From Asterias rubens (taxonomy: Eukaryota): a stretch of DNA of 64,000 bases. Within the stretch, counting starts at the first letter, position 1. Each line of letters opens with the position of its first letter. The position numbers and the translations under genes were made by a program. The notes beneath the pieces are model-generated. The model worked only from the letters and a program-made list of their open reading frames with translations, searched no databases and had not been told where the DNA came from. This document shows, in pieces, positions 48,255 to 60,173 of the stretch. The stretch covers positions 12,710,001 to 12,774,000 of the forward strand of contig NC_047076.1 in assembly GCF_902459465.1 (NCBI RefSeq), in the 5' to 3' direction.

Positions 48255-50684
48255 TGGGTGTTTCCACGCAATCAAAAGGAACTCATAGAACATGCGGACA
48301 TTGTTGCTTTGTATACGATTTACGTTCTAATTATCAGTTCAATGTTTTTTCAACTCGGGGTCCATGCAGATGGGACACCAGTTCAGCTGCAATCCACTAT
48401 ACGTCACAGAAAAAAAATACCAAAAACACACAAACACAAGAAGCATACCATAGCGACGTGACCACAATTCTAAACGAGGATTTAATATGGAAATGCCTAT
48501 TAAAGCGCAACAAATACAATTTACCGTTAGAAGCATTGTATTAAAAGAATATAATGTCTACATTTACTCATAACCTTTTGCAGAATTGTATTACTGGTTT
48601 GCGGTAACACATATCTACCTGCTAGGTAGAGTATGCTAGGTAGAGTATGTTACCGTGAAGTAGATTTTTTTTGAATTCGGAAGAAGTACTTGATTTTCGG
48701 GAGAATTCTCAAATATACATTGATACCTCACATGTACACATCTACAACGTAAATTCCATGTGTATGCTCTATTGTTGCTCATTTGCTTTTGTATTTAAGA
48801 AGTTTAATACGATACAAAATAAAAATGTCAACCCTTTAAATTTAGCTTTGATGTACGCAAGCTCTATGTACGCCACAATGAACACAGCGATGTTGCACTT
48901 GTTCTACCTTTACCAAAGCCTCAAATTTAAATTCAATGAATAAATTCAACATCAGCCCAAGCAATAAGCAAATTTACTTGGTCGGGACAAAACGGACGTT
49001 TGCATTATCAATATTTGGTGAGGACACACACGCCTGACAGCGTTTCCTGTTCATATTCCTAAAATCGCTTCGTTTCCCCTGTATATCTCTCGTTTTGGTT
49101 CTCCCCCACTACCCCTTCCCCCCTCACTGTATTTGCAGAGAAGGAGGATACGAAGAGTACAGTCGAAATAATGTCCAGCGCTCACGGCGAGTAAATACAG
49201 ATGGTCGGTTGAAAAGCTATGTGATAAAACTTAATCTGTGTTAAGTAGGCACAAGCCATGAAATCGAATACCGTATTACATGTGCAGAGAAGAGAGGTTT
49301 TTTAGGGGACTGTAAAAATACATGCGTTATTTTGTAGAACATTAATTTAGAATATTGCACATTCAAAGGGTAAGGAAATTGTGTCGATATAGACGTGTAA
49401 ACAGCCAATAATAGTGTATAGTGTATAGGGCCCCTAATAAGATTCGAAACTGGGTCGATTCTGATATGGGAGTTTATAGTATAGTGTTATGTCACTTAGT
49501 GGGTGTATTTATTTAACGTCTGTGATGTGACCATCTGAACATGTTCCCCTTTTAGAAGACATAGGCCTACTTGATTGTGCAAGCATAATTTTATAATGAT
49601 GTTAAACACACCTTTTTACATAAGCAAAACAACACCTTGACCTCAATAATTCTTTTGAGGAAAAGGCTGATGTATTGATTTGATTTTCTGCCGGGAAATT
49701 CTAAAATTGGTGCCATTTTACACGACGCAGTGTATAATATTCGATCTTTTTAGGGTCATACAATTATTAGGTTATTTTCTTTGTTCTTTGATTTGTATGG
49801 AATGGTGGTACTCAATTGTGTTTTAAATAGACATGACACGTAGACGATCCGCTATGGTGTTCTTCACTATTCATAGCACACTTGTGTCACCAGATTTAAT
49901 CAATCTATACTGATAAACGAAACCTGTGAAAAGCTTTGCCGACTATAGTCCCAGTCCTCTCCAGAACGGAGTATTGTTTTTAAGAATTAACAACAGAGGG
50001 CGCTCTATACACAAAAGGGCTAAAATTACGTTTAAGTGCGTCATTGTTTCTTTTCGTTAAATGGATTTTTAAGTGACGATTTTTTAGTGACTAATTCTTG
50101 AGATATTAAACACCTCGAGAGAATCGATTTCCCAGTAAATTGTTTGTCTTTGTATAGGTAAGGATCAAAGCAATTCAGATTTCAGTTGAGATTGATATTA
50201 AATAAATTAAATTTAAGGCCAAGTGATTAGGTTCTAACGCGAGTATATATTGCTGTATAAGTGAAGGCACTGTGGACACCTTTGGTGTATCTCAACAAAT
50301 GCAGGAAATAATAAACCTGTGAAGATTTGGGCCAATTGGTGATCGAATTTGCAAGAGAATAATGACAGCAAAAAACACCACTGTTGCATTACTTTGCGTG
50401 CTTTCATATGCAGAGTGAGAAATTACCTCTTTCTGTAAAAAACTATAGGTTACATCAGAGGGAGCCGTTTCTTAAACTCGAATCTCCATCAGTCGCTGGT
50501 TCATGCATGGAAGAACGCAGCTTTGGTCCAAATCATGCCAACTTCATTCCGCATTTGTCTCGGTGTTCAGGCACACACACGGCCGGTAACCGTAGCCAGC
50601 AAGGCCCTAGGGTCATGACGACGGCGAGGTGTACCGAACAGGACAAGATTAAATAGAAATCCAGCAGATCTTTCTGCATGTTAA

Positions 50685-51039
50685 AGGCACTGGACACTAT
50701 TGGTAATTACTCAAATTAATTGTTAGCATCAAAACTTGTCTGGTAATGAGCATTGGAGAGCTGTTGATAGTATAAAACATTGTGAGAAACGGCCCCTCTT
50801 CAAGGAACGTAGTTTCTGATAAAGAGGTAATTTCTCACTCAAATAATGAAAGACAATTCAAATGGATCCTTTTAATTACGCATCTGAAAGCACAGTGCAA
50901 CAAAGGATTTTTTTTCTTGCAAGTTCGATGACAATTTGAGCCCAAATTTTCACAGGGTTGTTATTTATCGCAAATGTTGGGATACACCAAGTGAGAATAC
51001 TGACTTCGACAATTATTATTACCAAAGGTGTCCATGCCT
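50685..51039. mobile_element. TTAA MITE in CYP duplication unit A (orthologous to 58953-59365)
   Basis: TTAA at 50681-50684; same flanks as the unit B copy. A fragment at 50264-50490 is mirrored at ~58530-58740. Confidence 0.8.
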
Positions 51040-52109
51040 AAACAGATGTATCTGTTTGCGTCTATTGTTACGCAGCGAGCGGGACAGGTGTGGATTCTTC
51101 CCCCGGGGCTCGAGCTGAAATCCCCAGGGAGGGAACCTAGGATTCCGAAGCGTGAAAAAGCTCATAATATAAGTGGCTTTTTTATCCTGAGCTGATGGAT
51201 CGAATGATTGGGACATGATGAAGTTGCAAGTGGTGATCGATGTCTACTCTCCGTCTTTTTTCTTCTTCTAAATTGTGCCCATACTTTTTCTACTTCCCGT
51301 ATAGCCTTAAGTTTATTCTATGGGGATGTTTGGACATTGTTTGAAGGTCTGATTTACCTTTCATGTACATGTACCACTTGGGGGAGTTGACGTCACACGT
51401 TAATATACACTAGCATTCAAATCAATTCAATTCATACTCACAGTTATTCCATACTTCGTGAAAAATTTAAAAACAGTACATAACCAAACGATTCAGAACC
51501 ATTACCCCAGCTTTACAAGACCAATCGAATTAGACATCTTCTAGAAGCCGGTGTGGCAGGAGATTCTGTGCCCCCCCCCCCCCCCCCCCCCCAATGGCGA
51601 AGTATGTACAAACTACTTCTGATAGCGCCCTCTTTTGGATCATCCTCCTACAGCCCATGTTAATTGTCCATGAATGGGACCGAATCTACGGCGGACAGAA
51701 TTCCCTGGGGCACCGGGCTTGTGTGAGATTTCTTGATAGTGGTACGCAAACATCTTATTGTTCTTCAAAGGCCTGTGCACAAGATTTCCTTTTTCTATTT
51801 CAGTTCGACATGCATTTGCGTTTATACATCGACTGTCCACATAGTGGATTCAGTGAAGAGAGCAACAACAACTTGAAAACATTACTATACTTGTCAGTAG
51901 AACATTTTTTCCCCGAAAAATACACTCAACAAACTTATTATTCACTTCAATTTGCTTTTCAACTTCATACATTTTGAAAACTTCTACAAACATTTGTGTC
52001 TACAGATTTTTGTGTCTCCAAACACGGGACCCTAAGATTGCAATGCATTATTCTATTTTACTTGTGCATTAAACTAGTCAAAAACAAACATAGCCAAATC
52101 GTAGCCATT

Positions 52110-52393
52110 TATGTTGTCATTGTTTTCGCGAAGTTGTTTACGAGCTGTTGATAATATAAAATAGAAACTACTCCCTCTGAAGTAACGTAGTTTTCAGATA
52201 AAGTAATTTATCACTCAAATATTTGCATCTGAGAAAGACTTCAGCCTTGAAGCCTTCCTCATTATTCCCTGGAACTTCGATGACCAGCTGAGCCAAAAAA
52301 ATCACAGGTTTGTTATTGTTTGCATATAGTTATGTTGGAGTACACCAAGTGAGAATACTGGTCTTTTACAATTACCAAAATTGTCTAGTGCCT
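52110..52393. mobile_element. TTAA MITE portion downstream of the CYP copy A stop codon
   Basis: Family internal motifs; right end GTCTAGTGCCT|TTAA at 52394-52397. Confidence 0.7.
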
Positions 52394-52556
52394 TTAACAT
52401 TGATTTACATCCTTTTCAGATTTAAAAAAATGTAACCCAATAATCCGGCGTGAAAATAACTGTGACTAGATTGAAATGAGTCTCACTGGCATTTGTAATT
52501 CAAGATCCCGCATTGACCAAATTTGTGTACGTTTTGTACCAACAGTTGAAGAGACT

Positions 52557-52735
52557 TCAACGGGGGACTGCGCACACCTGGTACGGCTGAGGGGCCAGCG
52601 TGATCCCAAGGTGTCCCTTGACCGTCAGTGGAGGCGAATCGACGGGCTGCTTGAAGGTGAACTGATGGAGGAGGTAGGTGAAGAAAATGAAGAGCTCCAT
52701 TTTGGCGAGTTGCTCTCCCGGACACACACGCCGCC
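52557..52735 (-). CDS. Cytochrome P450, CYP2 clan, copy A, exon 3 (heme-binding, 179 bp)
   Basis: After ttccacag the exon reads G-RRVCPGEQLAKMELFIFFTYLLHQFTFKQPVDSPPLTVKGHLGITLAPQPYQVCAVPR*, completing FGIGRRVCPG (FxxGxRxCxG). Spliced total is 1494 bp = 497 aa plus stop. This frame is not in the supplied ORF track. Confidence 0.95.
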
Positions 52736-52854
52736 CTGTGGAATTGAAACAAAGATTGGTGGTGAGATTTTATCTGTAGTTCATGAAATGTACCCGGTAT
52801 GTTTTTATCTCTTCATTATACCAAACCAGGATATTGCTTTCCAAGTAATGTTAC

Positions 52855-53220
52855 CTACGTTGGCTCAACATTGAGTGCCGACGTAAAACCATAGAGCTCC
52901 ATGGTAAGACCATTATGATAATGCCGACCTAGAGCCCATACATGGCCCTACGTTTCCTACCAACACAATGCCGATATTGTTTTCCAACTAATAACCAACG
53001 TTGGCTCAACATCTAGTGCCGACGTAAAACCAATGTTAAATACTTCGGACCTAGAGCCAACATCTGCCCATTGTCAGAATTATACCGAAATCAAAAACCA
53101 ACGTTTGTTAAAGCCCATGTTTACTTCCCATTGGTACCGATCACCGGCGGACAGAATAAAGCCAGTGTGATAAAGCCTACTTAGATTAGAGCCAACATTG
53201 ATTCAACTTCCGAAACTTCA
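52855..53220. repeat. Degenerate tandem repeat in CYP intron 2 (also ~60640-60840)
   Basis: aacgttggctcaacat..gtgccgacgtaaaacca..gacctagagcc motifs recur, with different copy structure in the two genes. Confidence 0.6.
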
Positions 53221-53334
53221 TGTGCATCTCATATCGGCACTCTCTACAGTGCAATATTAACGAATCATTTACATGTGTAATACTTGTTAATGCAAGTTAA
53301 GTAACTCAACCTTTTTGAAAACCATGATTTTTAC

Positions 53335-54294
53335 CTATGCCGAATGGTATAAACTCATCAGGTTTAACCACCTCTCCAGCCTCATTCAGGAACCGCTCCG
53401 GGTTGAACCTCTCCGGATCCGGGAAAAGCTCCGGGTCAGTATGCAGTGCCCACTGGTTAGAGATAATGAAGCAATCCTTAGGGAGGGTATACCCTCTGTA
53501 GGAGGTATCACGAGAGGCTCTGTGGGGTACTCCGAGAGGTACTATGTTTCCGAGTCTTTGGAGCTCAAGGATGACTGCTTCGGTGTACGGCATGTCGGGT
53601 TTGTTTGAGAGCTTCGGCATTCGGTTACGTCCTACTACGGTGTCTATTTCTTGCTGTACACGGGTCTGTACCTCCGGGTGCAGCATCATGTAGAGCAGCC
53701 CCCACCTCAGGGTCGTTGCCGTCGTCTCCGATCCAGCTACGAAGAGGTCGTTAATAACGCTCACTAAGTTATTCAAACTCAAGACCGTCTCGACTTTCTG
53801 ATCTTCCTTCTCTCTCATTTCGTTGATATACATGTCCATGAAGTCCCTCATGTCATCTGGGTTGAATTCCTTCACGTGGTTCTTGATGATATTCTTAGTG
53901 AAGTTCACGGTCGTTGTGATGTTGGTTTGCATTTCTCGCATGGACGGGAGGAACCCAAGGTACTTGGTGATGGGGAGGAATTGCATCGCTGCTCCGGCTC
54001 CAATCAGCTCCATGTTCCGGCCAATACCCGCAAGGACCTTCTGGAACTCCGGATCATCGTAGTCGTACCTCTTGCCAAATACAACAGAGGCAATAATAGT
54101 CGAAACAGAAATGGAGAATAACTTGGTCGGGTTGAAAGACTTCTGCTTGAAATTGACCATCTCGTGAACTAGTTGTTCTGCCTCCCTTGCGATCTGATCC
54201 TCAAAGCTTGATTTACCGACCCCGAAGTTTTTGAAAACATTGAGAGAAAGTTTTCTCTGCTCCTTCCAGACTTTGCCGGATGCAGCTGCTACGC
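53335..54294 (-). CDS. Cytochrome P450, CYP2 clan, copy A, exon 2 (960 bp)
   Basis: AG acceptor at 54296-54295. Contains WKEQR (C-helix), AGSETT (I-helix), ELQR (ExxR) and PERF. Phase-1 GT donor after FGI-G. Length is a multiple of 3. Confidence 0.96.
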
Positions 54295-54961
54295 CTATCG
54301 AAAGAACCAGAAAACCAAGACAATCAATCACAAATTCAAAAAGAACAATACCCGTCTTATCACTCTCTCTCTCTCTTGTCGACCGAGGTCTGAATCAAGT
54401 TGAGAATCGCCCATCCCTGTCAATCTCTCATTAGTGTGTGAAGATCAGCTGGATGCACCCGTTGCGCTATCAACTACATCAGTATAGCTGAGATTATGTC
54501 TTCCCCGGCTCCTTCCATGTTTTACCTGTGTTGCTTCTTTATTCAAAAAAAAAAATACCTCTGCAAACGTTCAATATTATTTGGTTTTGTTTGCTCCTGA
54601 GATTTGTTCACCGTCTCTATTTATTTTCAACAACATTTTGTATACAATAACACTCGTAGTTTCAATAGAAATTATTTATGACCAGCGACCCGTATATAGT
54701 TGCACGTAGCCGCAGCAATCAAACTTACTGATGTGGATCAGAAATTATGCACTGTGCTTTTGTGTTTTAAGTAGATTTGCCCATTGGGCACAAATATATC
54801 AACGATGCATACTATGCACTGTGGTCGCATACGTGTTATCAAATCCACTGCCTCTTTATTTTATTCCCGTTTACGAATCACAACGAACATAATGGAGTTG
54901 TTGCTACATAAATTAGTTAGGCCTATGGAATTAAAAAATATTACCATTTTAGCCTTCAACA

Positions 54962-55030
54962 CAGTGGCCAAGTGGTTTAGACCATAATGACTTGCAACCA
55001 CACCTAGGTTTAGGTTCAAATCCTGTCCAC
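54962..55030 (+). mobile_element. tRNA-like SINE head in CYP copy A intron 1 (degraded equivalent at ~63040-63110)
   Basis: A box TGGCCAAGTGG 54965-54975; B box GGTTCAAATCC 55013-55023; cloverleaf stems do not close. Confidence 0.55.
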
Positions 55031-55296
55031 ACTAACTGATATCACAATGACTAGTAAGTAGTGTCATCTATAGTTATTGAATCACAATTACTTCTAGATG
55101 ATTGTGTGCGATTGTTAATCATAGTCGTTAAAACCAATGTTTCTATATAACCTATTATGAGAGAGGTTGGCCGTTGCCAGCTTGGTTTTCTTTTTGGAGT
55201 TTGTCTCCTTGACGGGAAGATAATTTAAACAGACAAACTAAAATTGCATTGCTTCATTTAAATAAATACAATTTTTTTTATTTTACTTTAGATTAC

Positions 55297-55651
55297 CTTC
55301 CGAGCCATCCAGCATGTTAGTTACCGTGTGTAATTCAGGCCTGTCACTCAAGTTAGGATTCTGAAATGCATCTTTAATCGCATCGTAACCATGCACAACA
55401 ACAATCCTCTGCCCCAGTATACTCAGCGAAAATATTGGTCCGTACGTCTTTGACATCTTCAGGAACACCTCATGCGGTTCCCCCGAAGCGAGGGCCAGTG
55501 TAGGAAGGCTCCCGAGAAGGGGCCATTCCCACGGGCCGGGCGGGAGGTTCCTCGGTCTTCGAAGAGCCCATGAGAGCACCAGAAAAGCTAGTAAGCCCAC
55601 TAGTGCAGTTCGTATGTCTAGCAAAGCTAACAGAGCTGCTGCGTTGGCCAT
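55297..55651 (-). CDS. Cytochrome P450, CYP2 clan, copy A, exon 1 (355 bp)
   Basis: ATG at 55651; hydrophobic N-terminal anchor followed by the PPGP hinge (RRPRNLPPGPWEWPLLGSL); phase-1 GT donor after GAA G at 55297. Confidence 0.95.
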
Positions 55652-56219
55652 TTTGTTTTGCCTTTATGTGGCAGTCGGCGTGAAAGAGCTCATAGAGTCA
55701 ACGAACTATCTATCTATCGATTGTTCCATGAAAGATTAATTCCTGGTCCAGTGACCTTCAAACCATTACTCGGCATTTGCCAGGTACCTGGCGTGTCGTA
55801 CACAATCAACGGTTACCCGCACAATGATGATACACCAATGAAGGCTGGCTACTTATTATGTATCCTCCATGCTGTATGCATGAAAGATTATTGCGTGATC
55901 TAGACCTGTCGGACATTTTACACAATTGTTCCATACGTACCCTTACTCTATGGTACGATGTCACGATAGACCATGTGAACTTTGTTTACAATAAGTATGA
56001 CCTTGTGCATTCGTTATTATGGCAGGCAATATACTACACAGGATGGCAAAGTTGACATTATGTGTCGCATAAATCCAAGAATTATGAAAGTAAAAGCTGG
56101 ACAAGTAAAAGCAACACCAACAACAACAACACCAACAGCAACAAATATGCAACAACAGTTGCATATTTGTTGCTGTTGGTGTTGTTGTTATGGATGTTGT
56201 TGTTGTTGTGCTGTTGTTG

Positions 56220-56585
56220 NNNNNNNNNNNNNNNNNNNNNNNNNNNNNNNNNNNNNNNNNNNNNNNNNNNNNNNNNNNNNNNNNNNNNNNNNNNNNNNNN
56301 NNNNNNNNNNNNNNNNNNNNNNNNNNNNNNNNNNNNNNNNNNNNNNNNNNNNNNNNNNNNNNNNNNNNNNNNNNNNNNNNNNNNNNNNNNNNNNNNNNNN
56401 NNNNNNNNNNNNNNNNNNNNNNNNNNNNNNNNNNNNNNNNNNNNNNNNNNNNNNNNNNNNNNNNNNNNNNNNNNNNNNNNNNNNNNNNNNNNNNNNNNNN
56501 NNNNNNNNNNNNNNNNNNNNNNNNNNNNNNNNNNNNNNNNNNNNNNNNNNNNNNNNNNNNNNNNNNNNNNNNNNNNNNNNNNNNN
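56220..56585. other. Assembly gap between the two CYP copies
   Basis: Run of N. Confidence 1.
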
Positions 56586-56961
56586 ATTCAACAACGAATA
56601 TTCGGCCCTAAATTGTTGATAGCTATATAAATTCTGTTTGGTATGACTACAACGTGAATCATAGATATACAAACAAACCAAAAAGTAAACTGATGAAACT
56701 GTTCACAGCTTTATAAACTCCCTTACACAAAACAGAAAAATAATTGAATTAAGTGATCCAATTATTCGTCGAAAAGTTTCAGTGTGGATTGGATTGAATT
56801 GAATTAAGAAGGGTCGCCCTTTCCAAAATTTGATTTAAAAAAACTGAAAACTACGTAAACTTGAACCAATTAGGCAACAGCTGATGTAGCACTGCAGTGT
56901 TATGACGCCAATGAGTTTAAACTAAAAAAATGCACATGCATGCAAGTATCAACACCCTTAA

Positions 56962-57321
56962 AGGCACTGGGCACGTTTGGTAATTTTCAAGTACTCTCAC
57001 TTTGTATCAAAACATATGCATAAAATAACAAGCCTGTGAACATTTAGGCTCAATTGTTCATCGAAGTTGCAAGAGAATAATAAGTGTAAACAAAATCTTG
57101 TTGAACAACATTAAATGTGTGCTTTCATCAGATGGATAATACAAGGCTTCAGGTAAAGTATTCTATTATTTGGGTGAGAAATTGCTCAAAAACTACGTTA
57201 CTTCAGCAGAGGGAGCCGTTTCTCACAATGTTTTATACTATCAACAGCTATCATTAGCTCTCCATTGCTATAGTTACATAGTAAACTTTTATACTAACAA
57301 TCCAATAAAATGTCCATACCT
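56962..57321. mobile_element. Diverged TTAA MITE, full length
   Basis: TTAA at 56958-56961 and 57322-57325. Confidence 0.8.
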
Positions 57322-58952
57322 TTAATTCTTATCGTATCCAGTCGATAAGGACATCTTCAAAACACCTTGCGATTGGCACCTGCTCGGTGCTCAACTCTCT
57401 GTTTTCACATCAGAGTTTCTTTTTCGTTTATTCTGCACCGCGCCGTTTATCAGCTGCGCTAGGTGTCTAAATAAATCTACAAATGTACGGTGATTGGACA
57501 CGAACAGCATACTAACTGAATTAATGCATCATGTGGTTGAGCAAACATCAACTTAGTTATTGCTCGATCAAACCATGGAGGCAAACAACCGTTTGCAGAA
57601 ACCATCTTGTTTTTATGTGTGTGTTTTATTAGTTTAACCAATTTCAGTCGAAAAACATACTTATATAAAATTAGGAAACATTTTGCATCACAATCTAAAA
57701 TTAAGTTCAATAAAAAATAAATTGTGATGCAAAGTAAACATCAGCCACGAAATAAATTCGTTGCAAAAAACAGGTCCCAGTTATTTTGTGTTCACTTTGT
57801 TCCCCATGGACGCCCTCTCCCGAGCCTCTAAAACTCAGTTTTTACAAATTTCAACAGAAAAACATACCTTTTTAAAACTAGGGCTGCGAAAATTGAGTCA
57901 TATTGGTGCGTATATGTATAATTTTCAAGCTTCTGTTGCGAGTATAAATCCCGAGGGGTGTGGGATAAGTACCATACCCATTTTAGGAGCGGTTCATAAC
58001 AATTATGTACATCAAAAACAATTCCCCTTTGTTTTTTAAGGATTCTCTTTTTGCAATCGATTAAGAAGAAATACCCCCCCCCCTCTTCCCATTGAAAAGC
58101 GCTACAACAGTAGCAATTTCAATGTACATACCAACAAATTGCGTCCCCTCACCCTAGATTTTTGGTCACCACATTTTTATAAAACTATACTGATAACGAA
58201 ACCTGTGAAAAGCTTTAACGATTATAGTCATAGTCCACTCCAGAAAGGAATATTGTTTTTAAGAATTAGCAACAGAGGGCGCCATAACACAAAAGGTTAA
58301 ATTACATTACGTGCGTCATTGTTTCTTTTCGTTGAGTCGTTTTTAAGTTACTAATTCTTGAGATATTAAACACTATCCATAGAGAATCGTTTTTCCAGTA
58401 AATTGTTTGTCTTTGTATAGAAAAGGATAAATTCAATTAAGATTTTAGTTGAGATTGATATTAAATAAATTAAAATTTAAAGCCAAATGGTAGGTTTTAA
58501 CGCGAGTATAGGCTGTATAATTGAAGTTTGAAGGGATTGTGGACACCATTGGAACTGTATTCTCACCTGGTGTGTCTCAACATATGCAGGAAATAACAAA
58601 CCTGTGAAGAATGGGGCCCAATTGATGATCGAATTTGCAAGAGAATATTCACTGAGAAAAAAAACTTGTTGCGTTCTTTTATGTACATGCATATTATTCG
58701 AGTGAGAAATTACCACTTTATGGTAGGGAGCCGTGTCTTAAATCTCCATTAGTCGCTGCTTCGCACATGGACGAACGCAGCTCTTCGGTCTAAATCTTAC
58801 AAACTTCATTCCGCATTTGTCTCGGTGTTCAGGTACACACAAAGCCACGTATAACTGTAGCCAGCAAGGCCCTAGGGTCATGACGACGGCGAGGTGTACC
58901 GAACAGGACAAGATTAAATAGAAATCCGGTAGATCTTTCTACATTATGTTAA

Positions 58953-59365
58953 AGGCACTGGACACTATTGGTAATTACTCAAACTAACTGTTATGCATTA
59001 AAACGTAGGCCTGTCTGGTAATGAGCAATGTGGGGAACTGTCTATAGTATATAACATTGTAAAAAAAAAACGACTCCCTCTTGAAGTAACGTAGTTTTTG
59101 AGAAAGAGGTATTTTTTTTTTTTTTTTTTACTCAAAATAAATAGTTGAAAGACGAATCAGCTGACGCCTTTCTCAGGCATCTGAACGTACACAAAGTAAT
59201 TTTGTGCAAAACAAAAATTGTTTTTTTCCCATTATTCTTTTGCATGTCGATGACTAATTGAGCCCAACTGCGCACAGGTTTCTTATTTTATATGCATATG
59301 TTGGGGAACACACCAAATAAGAATACTGACTTCGACAATTATCATTACCAAAGGTGTCCATGCCT
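58953..59365. mobile_element. TTAA MITE in CYP duplication unit B
   Basis: TTAA at 58949-58952 and 59366-59369. Confidence 0.82.
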
Positions 59366-59615
59366 TTAAAAACAGATGTATCTGTTTGCGTCTATTGTTA
59401 CGCAGCAAACGCACAGGTGTGGATTCTTCCCCCGGGGCTCGAGCTGAAATCCCCAGGGATGGAGCCAAGGATTCCGAAGCTCTACCTGCGTAGAAAAGCT
59501 CATAATATAAGTGGCTTTTTTACCCTGAGCTCATGGATCGAATGATTGGGACATGATGAAGTTGCAAGTGGTGATCGATGTCTACTGACTCAGTCTTTGT
59601 TCTTCTTCTTCTTAA

Positions 59616-60173
59616 AGGCAGTGGACACTTTTGGTAATGACTCAAAAAACCGGATGTGACTGTGAAATGATTTGAAAGGGCGTTGTTTATTGCCTTTTAG
59701 GTTGAAATATACATCCTTTGATGCTTTATACCATCACAGCATACAAGTCTGGCAAAGGTCTGGTTTAAAACAAATATTACCGATGACGTCGGTAAACGTA
59801 TGACCAAACATACACTTTTACTAGATGACGTAATCATGTTGTTTTGACAGTTTTTGCAATTTGAATCATTTATTATTACAAATCTTGAGAACAAAGCAAG
59901 GTGTAATATTTGTTTTTTAATCCAGGCTTTTACTCCCGGAAACCGAACACCTTGAGTTTGTTCACAAACTCTCAATCTCTAGTTCTATTTACTTGTGCAA
60001 CTAACTATAACAAACTTCTAGAGTCTTCCATATGTCATCACTGTTTTCACGAAGTGGCAAAAGGGTATAGCTTTTGAAAAAACGTCTTTCAAAATTCGGT
60101 CAAAAAATTTTTTTGCATTAAAATCTGAAGAAAAAAAATGGTCTTTGACAATAAGCAAACGTGCCCAGTGCCT
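59616..60173. mobile_element. TTAA MITE with family TIRs but a different ~560-bp interior, downstream of the CYP copy B stop codon
   Basis: TTAA at 59612-59615 and 60174-60177; AGGCAGTGGACAC.../...GTGCCCAGTGCCT. Confidence 0.75.

Noticed and set aside
51571-51592. Poly-C/poly-G runs (also ~4763, 19106, 25637, 33149, 33665) and the CT tract at 62330-62405 as functional G4 or H-DNA elements
   Set aside because: These are simple homopolymer or microsatellite expansions not shared between the duplicated units; nothing supports function.
53306-54331. ORF-track starts and ends for the CYP ORFs (MIDCLGF.., MYLLILL.., ..KNHGFQKG) and antisense ORFs over the CYP exons
   Set aside because: The extensions are intron read-through; the antisense frames are shadows of the coding strand.
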